From Acidimicrobiaceae bacterium (GTDB taxonomy: Bacteria > Actinomycetota > Acidimicrobiia > Acidimicrobiales > RAAP-2): a stretch of DNA of 64,000 bases. The DNA lies in contig PNAH01000004.1 of the NCBI GenBank assembly GCA_003170315.1, forward strand, positions 158,805 through 222,804, given 5' to 3'. Under the pieces are notes generated by a model. That model searched no databases, was not told the DNA's origin, and was given only the letters and a program-made list of their open reading frames with translations. Positions 49,205 to 56,826 of this stretch are shown here, piece after piece (positions within the stretch are counted from its first letter, which is position 1; every line of letters begins with the position of its first letter). Made by a program: the position numbers and the translations under genes.

Positions 49205-49816
49205 ATGGTGATCCAGGACGACCGACCCCAACACGCCGAGCGACGAGAACAGTTGCTGAGCGTCGCCAAGTCACTCTTCGCGGAACGGGGATTTCAGTCG
49301 ACCACGATGGACGACATTGCGCGCGAGGCCGGCTTCACGAAGCCGATCCTGTACCAGTACTTCGATTCGAAGACTGACCTCTATCGCGAGATCGTGGCGC
49401 AATTGGCCGAGACGCTATTGGCGTCGTTGAAGATCGCGGTGAGCACCGCTGAGACGCCGCGAGCGAAGATCGAAGTAGCCTTTCGCGTCTACTTCGAGAT
49501 GGTGGTGAGTGAGACCGACGCCTTTCGCATTCTCTTCATCCACTCCCACGTAGGCGACACCGCCAAAGAGGTGCGCGCGCTGGAACTCGGACTCATCTCC
49601 TTCATGTTTCCATTCTTCGATGACTCCATGAGCGAAGATCATCGGCGTCAGTTGGCCGGTGGCGTGGTCGGTATCGCCGGAGGCGCGGCGATCGTGTGGC
49701 TGGAGCAACAAGAGTCGAAAGGTTGGCCGATACCAGCGGCCGGAGCAGCCGAGCGGCTCGCCGAACGATCGGCCACGCTGGCCTGGGGCGGACTTCGAAC
49801 GGTCCACCAGGATTAG
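49205..49816 (+). CDS. TetR-family transcriptional regulator
   Basis: N-terminal HTH GFQSTTMDDIAREAGFTKPILYQYF. Confidence 0.85.
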   Translation: MVIQDDRPQHAERREQLLSVAKSLFAERGFQSTTMDDIAREAGFTKPILYQYFDSKTDLYREIVAQLAETLLASLKIAVSTAETPRAKIEVAFRVYFEMVVSETDAFRILFIHSHVGDTAKEVRALELGLISFMFPFFDDSMSEDHRRQLAGGVVGIAGGAAIVWLEQQESKGWPIPAAGAAERLAERSATLAWGGLRTVHQD

Positions 49817-50352
49817 TCGACGCGTTCGGCGCCCACGAGAAGCGCAAAAGCCTGAGCGAGATCCCACAGTTGTCGGGCGCACGCGTCGTACGTCAGCTGG
49901 TCGGCGCCCGCGGGGTCTTCGACGTCGAAGTCCGGCGAAGGCTCGTGTGAACTTGCCGCACGCAGTTGCGCGTCAAAGTGGCCATCCAGTGGAGCGAACC
50001 GCACGAACTGCGCGAGTTGTACCGCCTTGTCGGCGTTCGTCGCAAAGTTGGCTCGCACGAATTTCACGTTGTCGGCTTCGGCGCCCAGGATCACGTCCGC
50101 CCACTCGGTGTCGGCTTGGTTCAACTGATGGCTACGGTGCGCGCCGTATCGATGATCACCGAGCTCCTCGATCCTCATCAGTGCGTCACGGGTGCGCCCA
50201 CTCATCGCTGAGCCTTCGGTCACGTGCGTACCGGCCGTTCGGATGTACCACTCGGCACCGGTGGACTCGGCGAGCGTCGTGAGCATGTAGCCGAGCATCA
50301 CCGAACGCGCGACGTTGCCGGTGCAGAGCGTGACGATGTTCAACCGGTTCAT
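49813..50352 (-). CDS. Low-molecular-weight phosphotyrosine phosphatase / ArsC-like fold protein
   Basis: P-loop CTGNVARS (C-X5-R-S) and a distal DVEDP acid loop. ATG 50352 is preferred because the track start 50442 would overlap the ACAD gene. Confidence 0.7.
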   Translation of the reverse strand: MNRLNIVTLCTGNVARSVMLGYMLTTLAESTGAEWYIRTAGTHVTEGSAMSGRTRDALMRIEELGDHRYGAHRSHQLNQADTEWADVILGAEADNVKFVRANFATNADKAVQLAQFVRFAPLDGHFDAQLRAASSHEPSPDFDVEDPAGADQLTYDACARQLWDLAQAFALLVGAERVD

Positions 50353-50386
50353 CAAGGCTCTTGGACCCGCAATCTTTCGGCTCTTG

Positions 50387-51601
50387 CTACCTAATGTGCA
50401 CGCCAGAGATGGCGCGCGAGATGATGAGTCGTTGGATCTCACTGGTCCCTTCGAAGATCGTGTAGATCTTGGAGTCCCGGTGCCAGCGTTCGACCGGATA
50501 GTCGCGAATGTAGCCGTAGCCTCCGAGGATCTGAATCGCCTCTTCGGTCACCTTGACGGCCGTTTCGCCGGCGTAGAGCTTGGACATCGAGCCCTCGCCG
50601 TTGAGGAAGGGCTGGCGCGTCGCGGCCATCCACGACGCTCGCCAGATCAGGAGGCGCGAGGCGTCGATGTGCATCTTCATGTCGGCCAGCTTGAAGGCGA
50701 TCGCCTGGTTGTCGATGATCGCGCGACCGAACTGCTTGCGCTCTTTGGCGTAGTCGAGCGAGAATTCGTACGCCGCCCGCGCGATGCCGAGCGCCTGGGC
50801 GCCGACCGCCGGCCGGCTGGCTTCGAAGGTCGCCATGGCGGCCTGGCTCTGGGAGCGCTTGCCCTCGCGCGCCCGAGCGATCTTCTCGTCGAGCTTTTCC
50901 TTGCCCCCGAGGAGGCAGCGTCCCGGGATGCGACAGTCCTCGAGCACGACTTCGCCGGTGTGGCTGGCGCGGATGCCCATCTTCTTGAATTTCTGGCCCA
51001 GGCGGATGCCCTTGGTGCCGTCGGGCACGATGAAAGACGCCTGACCCCGACTACCCAGCTCCGGTTCGACGGATGCCACGATGACGTGCAGGTTGGCGAT
51101 GCCGCCATTCGAGATCCAGGTCTTGGTGCCGTTGAGGACCCACTCGTCGTTCGCCTCGTCGTAGACCGCGCGAGTGCGCAAGGAAGAGACGTCACTGCCG
51201 GCGTCGGGTTCGGAGACGCCGAAGGCCGCGAGTTTGATGTCCTCGGGCGTCCCGTAACACTGGGGCACCCACTCCATCACCTGCTCGGGCGTGCCGTTGG
51301 CCACGATGGCCGCGACCCCGAGCGACGTGGCCATGAGGGCCATCGTGAGCCCCGCGTCACCCCAGGCCAACTCCTCGGTCGCGATCATCAACGACAGTCC
51401 GGTCTTGTCGGTGAAGGCGTTCATCATGAAGTCCAGCGAATAGATACCGACCTTCGCCGCTTCTTGGATGAACTCCCACGGCGTCTCTTCGCGCTCGTCC
51501 CATTCGGCGGCGATGGGACGCATCTGGTTGACGGCGAAGCCGTGCACCCACTCCTGCATCGTCTTTTGATCGTCGTTCAGTTCCAACGAGAATTCAGCCA
51601 T
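50387..51601 (-). CDS. Acyl-CoA dehydrogenase
   Basis: 404 aa. ACAD N/M/C domain pattern, with [11 protein letters not shown] near the C-terminus. Confidence 0.9.
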   Translation of the reverse strand: MAEFSLELNDDQKTMQEWVHGFAVNQMRPIAAEWDEREETPWEFIQEAAKVGIYSLDFMMNAFTDKTGLSLMIATEELAWGDAGLTMALMATSLGVAAIVANGTPEQVMEWVPQCYGTPEDIKLAAFGVSEPDAGSDVSSLRTRAVYDEANDEWVLNGTKTWISNGGIANLHVIVASVEPELGSRGQASFIVPDGTKGIRLGQKFKKMGIRASHTGEVVLEDCRIPGRCLLGGKEKLDEKIARAREGKRSQSQAAMATFEASRPAVGAQALGIARAAYEFSLDYAKERKQFGRAIIDNQAIAFKLADMKMHIDASRLLIWRASWMAATRQPFLNGEGSMSKLYAGETAVKVTEEAIQILGGYGYIRDYPVERWHRDSKIYTIFEGTSEIQRLIISRAISGVHIR

Positions 51602-51679
51602 GACAGTCCTTCGAGATCGTCGCGCGTTACCCGCGAGTAACTCTCAAGTACTTTAGGTGAGTTAGTGGCGCAAATGAAA

Positions 51680-51703
51680 AACCGCCGCCCGAGGGCGGCG
51701 GTT
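51680..51703 (-). terminator. Intrinsic terminator of cspA
   Basis: The minus-strand RNA reads AACCGCCGCC-CUCG-GGCGGCGGUU followed by UUUCAUUUG. It begins 21 nt after the cspA stop. Confidence 0.75.
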
Positions 51704-51723
51704 CTCACTACTAGATGATTTGG

Positions 51724-51924
51724 TTAGTTCAAGACGACGCGCTTGGCGAGTGGTCCGCGATCGCCCGGCTCAATGTCAAACTCAACAGTCTGACCTTCGA
51801 CGAGCGTCTTACGACCTTCTCCTTGAATCTCCGAGTAGTGCACAAAGACGTCGGGCTGGCCATCGACAGCGATGAATCCCCAACCCTTTTCGTCGTTGAA
51901 CCACTTGACGGTTCCTACAGCCAC
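51724..51924 (-). CDS. cspA: Cold-shock protein (CspA family)
   Basis: RNP1 [12 protein letters not shown] and RNP2 VFVHYS. GTG 51924 lies 7 nt after AAGGAGG. The track start 51951 is less likely. Confidence 0.9.
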   Translation of the reverse strand: MAVGTVKWFNDEKGWGFIAVDGQPDVFVHYSEIQGEGRKTLVEGQTVEFDIEPGDRGPLAKRVVLN

Positions 51925-52035
51925 TGTGGGCCTCCTTGTTTCTTTTGGCACCGATTCGCACCGGTCCCGGAGGGAACCACAACGGCAACCTCAACCAACA
52001 AGCCTACCGGAGAACCGTTCGCCCACCAAACCATT

Positions 52036-53427
52036 CTAAGGACGTCGGATCAGGGTCCCCGTCGACGAGTCCTCGACCACCCAGCCCAATGTGACTAATT
52101 CGTTACGAAGTCGATCGGCCTCGGCCCAGTCCTTCTCGGCTCGCGCTTGGTCACGCCTCGTCACCAGGTCAGCGCTAATCGCGTCGACGCGATCTTCTTT
52201 GGAATGTAGTGAGAGTCCCAGTGCTCCAAAGAGCGCGTTAATCGCCACAGCCTGCTGTTTGGCGTACGAAAGGTCGCCGACGTCGGCGGCCGAATTCGCG
52301 GCGGCCAGAGCGTCAAAGAGCAGCGCCACCGCGAGGGGCGTGTCGAGGTCATTGTCGAGGGCCTCGCCGACCTCGTCGAAAAGGGCCTCTGCGTCACCCA
52401 CCCACCGGTAGTTGGTGGCCACCTCGAGCGTGTCGCCGGCGAGGGCGGGCAGTTTGAATCGTCGCGCCAGGGCGTCGAGTCGGGCCAGGGCGCGCTCGGC
52501 GTCGGCGATGGTGGCCGGCGTCACTCCGATCGGCGAACGATAGTGCGAGCGAAGGACGAGCAGTCGGTAGGCCCGCGGGTCGGACGTCTCGGCGAGGTGC
52601 GTGAGCGACGTGAAGTTGCCGAGCGACTTGCTCATCTTCTCTTTGCCGACCATCACCCATCCGTTGTGATCCCAATGCACTGAGAAGACGCGTCCGGCCG
52701 CCACGGCTTGGGCCCGCTCGTTCTCGTGATGCGGGAATTTGAGATCGAGTCCACCGCAGTGGAGGTCGAATCCTTCTCCGAGCAGTCCCAGTGACATCAC
52801 GACGCACTCGGTGTGCCATCCGGGTCGTCCGTCGCCGAAGGGCGCCGGCCAACTCGGCTCGCCGGGTTTGGCGTTCTTCCACAACGCGAAGTCGAGGGGC
52901 GAACGCTTCTCGTCACTCGCTTCCACCCGGGCGCCGGCGCGCAGGCTCTCGAGCGGCTGACCCGCCAGCAGTCCGTAGTCGGGGACGCGCGAGACGTCGA
53001 AGTAGACGCCGTCACTGATCACGTAGGCGATGTCGTTCTCGAGGAACTCGCTGATCAGTTCGATCATCTCGGGCACGTAGTCCGTGGCGTGCGGCGCCTC
53101 GTCCGGGCGGGCCACCCCCAGTCGGTCCATCGCCTCCCACCATTGGGCCTCGTAGGTGGCCACGACCTCGCCGGTCGAACGGTCCTCTTCCAGTGATCGC
53201 GCGATGATCTTGTCGTCGATGTCGGTGATGTTCGACACGTAGGTGACGTCCAGGCCCCGGAAGGTGAACCAGCGACGAGCGACGTCCCAGACGAGCGTGA
53301 ATCGACCGTGACCGAGGTGGGGCAGGTTGTCGACCGTCGGTCCGCAGACGTACATCGAAACGTGCCCCGGTTCGCGCAACGTCAGGTCGCGGACCTTACC
53401 GTCGACGGAATCAAAGAGCCGAATCAC
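52036..53427 (-). CDS. cysS: Cysteine--tRNA ligase
   Basis: HIGH-type HLGHGR and KMSKS motifs. The 463-aa length with a C-terminal anticodon-binding tail argues for CysRS rather than the shorter MshC. GTG 53427. Confidence 0.9.
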   Translation of the reverse strand: MIRLFDSVDGKVRDLTLREPGHVSMYVCGPTVDNLPHLGHGRFTLVWDVARRWFTFRGLDVTYVSNITDIDDKIIARSLEEDRSTGEVVATYEAQWWEAMDRLGVARPDEAPHATDYVPEMIELISEFLENDIAYVISDGVYFDVSRVPDYGLLAGQPLESLRAGARVEASDEKRSPLDFALWKNAKPGEPSWPAPFGDGRPGWHTECVVMSLGLLGEGFDLHCGGLDLKFPHHENERAQAVAAGRVFSVHWDHNGWVMVGKEKMSKSLGNFTSLTHLAETSDPRAYRLLVLRSHYRSPIGVTPATIADAERALARLDALARRFKLPALAGDTLEVATNYRWVGDAEALFDEVGEALDNDLDTPLAVALLFDALAAANSAADVGDLSYAKQQAVAINALFGALGLSLHSKEDRVDAISADLVTRRDQARAEKDWAEADRLRNELVTLGWVVEDSSTGTLIRRP

Positions 53428-53432
53428 TGTTC

Positions 53433-53439
53433 TAAACTA
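53433..53439. promoter_or_regulatory. Overlapping divergent -10 hexamers: TAAACT (+, valS) and TAGTTT (-, cysS)
   Basis: Both fit TANNNT. The cysS GTG lies 6 nt and the valS ATG 9 nt beyond the respective hexamer, so both mRNAs would be leaderless or nearly so. Confidence 0.4.
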
Positions 53440-53447
53440 CGCCAACC

Positions 53448-56024
53448 ATGGAAGACGCCCTCACCCCCACGCACCGTCAGGTGCCCGAGAAGCCGACCGT
53501 CGACGGGCTCGAAGAGCGTTGGATGACGGTGTGGGACAAGGAGCACATCTACCGCTTCAACCGTGACGCCGTAAGAGAGAGCGTCTATTCGATCGACACG
53601 CCGCCCCCGACCGTGTCGGGGACGTTGCACATCGGACACGTCTTCAGTTACACGCACCCCGACGTGGTCGCGCGGTTCTGGCGCATGCGGGGCAAGGACG
53701 TCTTCTATCCGATGGGATGGGACGACAACGGATTACCGACCGAGCGCCGGGTGGAAAACTTCTACGGCGTGCGCTGCGACCCGGCCCTCCCCTACGACCC
53801 GAAGTACCGTCCCCCGGAGAAGCCCGGCAAGGACAAGGTCTCCATCTCGCGAAAGAACTTCGTCGAACTGTGCGTCGAACTGACCGCCATCGACGAGGAA
53901 GCCTACAAGAAACTGTGGCGAGCTATCGGGGTCAGCATCGACTGGAGCTTCGAGTACTCGACGATCTCCAAGGAGGCCCAGGCGGTCAGCCAGCGCGCGT
54001 TCCTCCAAATGGTGACGCGACAAGAGGTCTACTCGGCCGAAGCGCCGACGCTCTGGGACATCGACTTTCGAACGGCCGTCTCCCAAGCCGAACTCGAGGA
54101 CCGCGAGCGTCCGGGCGCCTATCACCGCATCGCCTTCAATCGCGCCGACGCGACCGGCACGGTGGACGTCGATACGACGCGGCCGGAACTGCTCGCCAGC
54201 TGTGTCGCGCTCGTCGCGCACCCCGACGACGAGCGCTACCGACCGCTGCTCGGGACCTCCGTCGTCACGCCCCTCTTCGGTGTCGAGGTGCCCATCCTGG
54301 CCCACGAACTGGCCGACCCCGAAAAGGGCACCGGCGTCGCGATGATCTGCACCTTCGGCGACACGACCGACGTGGTGTGGTGGCGCGAACTGAACCTGCC
54401 GACGCGAGCCTTGATCGGACGCGACGGCCGCTTCATGGCGGCCGACTTCGCCGACGAGAGCTGGAGCGTGCGCGACGCTGCACTGGCCCAGACGTTCTAC
54501 GACCGCGAGGTCTGGAACAAGACGGTCAACCAAGCGCGCGCGGCGATCGTTGACGGTCTGCGATCAACGGGCGCCTTGATGGGTGACGTCCGCGAGATCA
54601 CGCACCCGGTCAAGTTCTACGAGAAGGGCGAACGGCCGCTCGAGATCGTGACGTCGCGCCAGTGGTTCGTGCGCACGCTCGAACGTCGCGACGAACTCCT
54701 GGCCCGCGGCGAGGAACTGCGTTGGCACCCGGACTATATGCGCCACCGCTACCGCTCGTGGGTCGAAGGACTCAACGTCGACTGGAACATCTCGCGCCAG
54801 CGATTCTTCGGCGTGCCCTTCCCCGTGTGGTACCCCGTGGTCGAGAACGGCGAAATCGACTTCGACCATCTGATGCTGGCCCACGACGAGGACCTGCCGG
54901 TCGATCCGTCGAGTGACGTCCCCGCGGGATACCGCGAGGATCAGCGGGGCGCACCCGGCGGCTTCGTCGGCGACCCCGACGTGATGGACACCTGGGCCAC
55001 CAGTTCGCTGTCGCCCCAGATCGCCGGGCGCTGGGGCACCGAACTCTTTCAACGGGTCTTCCCGATGGACCTGCGTCCCCAAGCCCACGACATCATTCGC
55101 ACGTGGCTCTTCTCGACGATCGTGCGCAGTCACTTCCAGTTCGATTCGCTCCCCTTCAGCGACGCCCTGATCTCCGGCTTCATCCTCGATCCCGATCGAA
55201 AGAAGATGAGCAAGTCGATCGGCAACAGCGTGACCCCGATGCCGCTCGTCGAGCAGTACGGCGCTGACGCCTTGCGCTACTGGGCCGCGGGCGGGCGACC
55301 GGGTTCGGACACCGCCTTCGACGAAGCGCAGTTGAAGATCGGACGGCGGCTGGGCATCAAGATCCTCAACGCGTCGAAGTTCGTGCTCGGACGCCTCGAC
55401 GACGCCGAGATTCCCGCGCCCGCGGAAGTCACCGAACCGATCGACCTGGACCTCCTCGCGCTGTTGGCCAAGCTGATCACGGCGGCGACCGACGACTTCG
55501 AGAACTACGACTACGCGCGCGCCCTCGAACGCTCCGAAAGTTTTTTTTGGTCGTTCTGTGACGACTACGTCGAGTTGGTGAAGATCCGCGCCTACGGTGA
55601 GACGGACGACGCGCCCACCCGGTCGGCGCGCGCCACGCTGGCCATTGCGCTTTCGGTGCTGCAGCGACTGTTCGCGCCGATCATGCCCTTCGTCAGCGAC
55701 GAAGTGTGGCACTGGTGGCACACCCATTCGGTGCACGCGTCTCCGTGGCCGACCGTGCAGGAGTTGCCGACGCTCGACGTCAGTGGCGCCGGTTCCACCT
55801 ACGGCCCGGTCTGCGAAGTGCTCGAGGCGATTCGGCGAGCCAAGAGTTCGGCCAAGGTGTCCCAGCGCGCGGAGGTCACGTCGGTCACGGTTCGTGCGCC
55901 GGCGGAATTCCTCGCGGCCGTCGCGTTGTGTCAAGAGGACCTCGTGGCGGCTGGCGGCGTGCAGTCCTTGGCGACGCGCGAAGAAACCGAACTAGCGGTA
56001 GAGGTAATTCTCGCTGACGCGTAA
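53448..56024 (+). CDS. valS: Valine--tRNA ligase
   Basis: PPPTVSGTLHIGHV (HIGH) and KMSKSIGN motifs. 858 aa with an editing-domain insertion. Confidence 0.95.
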   Translation: MEDALTPTHRQVPEKPTVDGLEERWMTVWDKEHIYRFNRDAVRESVYSIDTPPPTVSGTLHIGHVFSYTHPDVVARFWRMRGKDVFYPMGWDDNGLPTERRVENFYGVRCDPALPYDPKYRPPEKPGKDKVSISRKNFVELCVELTAIDEEAYKKLWRAIGVSIDWSFEYSTISKEAQAVSQRAFLQMVTRQEVYSAEAPTLWDIDFRTAVSQAELEDRERPGAYHRIAFNRADATGTVDVDTTRPELLASCVALVAHPDDERYRPLLGTSVVTPLFGVEVPILAHELADPEKGTGVAMICTFGDTTDVVWWRELNLPTRALIGRDGRFMAADFADESWSVRDAALAQTFYDREVWNKTVNQARAAIVDGLRSTGALMGDVREITHPVKFYEKGERPLEIVTSRQWFVRTLERRDELLARGEELRWHPDYMRHRYRSWVEGLNVDWNISRQRFFGVPFPVWYPVVENGEIDFDHLMLAHDEDLPVDPSSDVPAGYREDQRGAPGGFVGDPDVMDTWATSSLSPQIAGRWGTELFQRVFPMDLRPQAHDIIRTWLFSTIVRSHFQFDSLPFSDALISGFILDPDRKKMSKSIGNSVTPMPLVEQYGADALRYWAAGGRPGSDTAFDEAQLKIGRRLGIKILNASKFVLGRLDDAEIPAPAEVTEPIDLDLLALLAKLITAATDDFENYDYARALERSESFFWSFCDDYVELVKIRAYGETDDAPTRSARATLAIALSVLQRLFAPIMPFVSDEVWHWWHTHSVHASPWPTVQELPTLDVSGAGSTYGPVCEVLEAIRRAKSSAKVSQRAEVTSVTVRAPAEFLAAVALCQEDLVAAGGVQSLATREETELAVEVILADA

Positions 56025-56049
56025 CACGCAGCGGTCACACCTCTTCGTC

Positions 56050-56655
56050 CTAGAAGCCAATCCCTCCACCGCCGCCGGGCGACGTGGTGGTCGTGGTTGG
56101 CCGTGTCGTCGTGGTCGTCGGAAGTGTGGTCGTAGTGGTTTTCGTCGGTCGGGTCGTCGTCGTGGTGGGCTTGCCCGTACGCTTCACCAGCACGACGGCG
56201 GTCCACTTGCCCCAGGTGTCGGTAACGTTGCCTTTCACCTGTCCCGTGGCCTTGTCCTCGAAGAACCAGAAGAGGGCCTTGCCGCCGTAAGTCACCTGCC
56301 GGCCGCCCGCCACCTTGGTGGTCCCGAGCTCGGCGCTATTCACCCCGGCACCGGCCGTCGCCTTCGTGACACCCTTGGGCAAGAGCACCTCAATCCAGAT
56401 CTTGTGACACGCGGACGTGCAGGCCGTGGCGCTCGGCTTCAAGGTGTAGAGCGTTTTGCCGTACGAAAGAATGGTGCCGAATTTGGCGCTCTTGAACGCC
56501 AAGATTTCGACACTCTTCGCGGTGTGGCGTTGCACTTCGGCCGACGCGCCCGAAAGGCCGATCGTGGTGACCATGGCCCCGGCCACTAGAAATGCCGCCG
56601 TGACTCGTCGCAGGGTACTGCTACGCGCGTAGCGACTCGAATGTACGGCCCTCAT
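56050..56655 (-). CDS. Secreted protein with two Yx(FWY)xxD-type lipoprotein_15-like repeats and a Thr/Pro/Gly-rich C-terminal tail
   Basis: Signal-like RRVTAAFLVAGAMVTTIGLSGASA. Repeats are GKTLYTLKPS..C..AC..W and GKALFWFFEDKATGQVKGN. The tail is KPTTTTTRPTKTTTTTLPTTTTTRPTTTTTSPGGGGGIGF. The start among ATG 56691/56676/56655 is uncertain. Confidence 0.65.
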   Translation of the reverse strand: MRAVHSSRYARSSTLRRVTAAFLVAGAMVTTIGLSGASAEVQRHTAKSVEILAFKSAKFGTILSYGKTLYTLKPSATACTSACHKIWIEVLLPKGVTKATAGAGVNSAELGTTKVAGGRQVTYGGKALFWFFEDKATGQVKGNVTDTWGKWTAVVLVKRTGKPTTTTTRPTKTTTTTLPTTTTTRPTTTTTSPGGGGGIGF

Positions 56656-56826
56656 AGGTCCTCCCGATTGTTCCATGACTGCAATACGCAATTGGGACGT
56701 CGATCGATCACTGGAGGTGCGAGATTTCCGTCCAATAGAGAGGAGACGGTGGATCGGTTCACTGAGTCATTGCTGCTGAAAGTCGACGCGCCAACATTGA
56801 TTTCGACGAAACGCGGTCGCGATCAG

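Noticed and set aside
50315-51640. 441-aa plus-strand ORF antisense to the acyl-CoA dehydrogenase gene
   Set aside because: Same reasoning: low-complexity Arg/Asp/Gly/Leu content, while the ACAD frame on the minus strand carries clear family motifs.
52036-53427. Possibility that this gene is the mycothiol ligase MshC rather than CysRS
   Set aside because: The 463-aa length and the C-terminal anticodon-binding tail (…ADRLRNELVTLGWVVEDSSTGT…) fit CysRS. MshC proteins are shorter and lack this tail. A phylogeny would settle it.
55541-55548. T8 homopolymer inside valS (codons S-F-F-W), considered as a slippage or phase-variation site
   Set aside because: The frame is intact, and it encodes hydrophobic residues in an essential gene. 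A single homopolymer is not evidence of programmed frameshifting.
54564-55934. 456-aa minus-strand ORF antisense to valS. Similar long antisense ORFs were seen at 19132-20175, 29829-30827, 35020-35952, 37670-38713, 57520-58587 and 58530-59345.
   Set aside because: All lie opposite genes with strong motif support and show the Arg/Gly/Asp/His-rich signature of non-coding frames in high-GC sequence.
56050-56180. The GGGGGIGF terminus considered as a GlyGly-CTERM or sortase-type sorting signal
   Set aside because: No hydrophobic helix or basic tail follows the glycines, and there is no LPXTG-like motif. The ORF simply ends.
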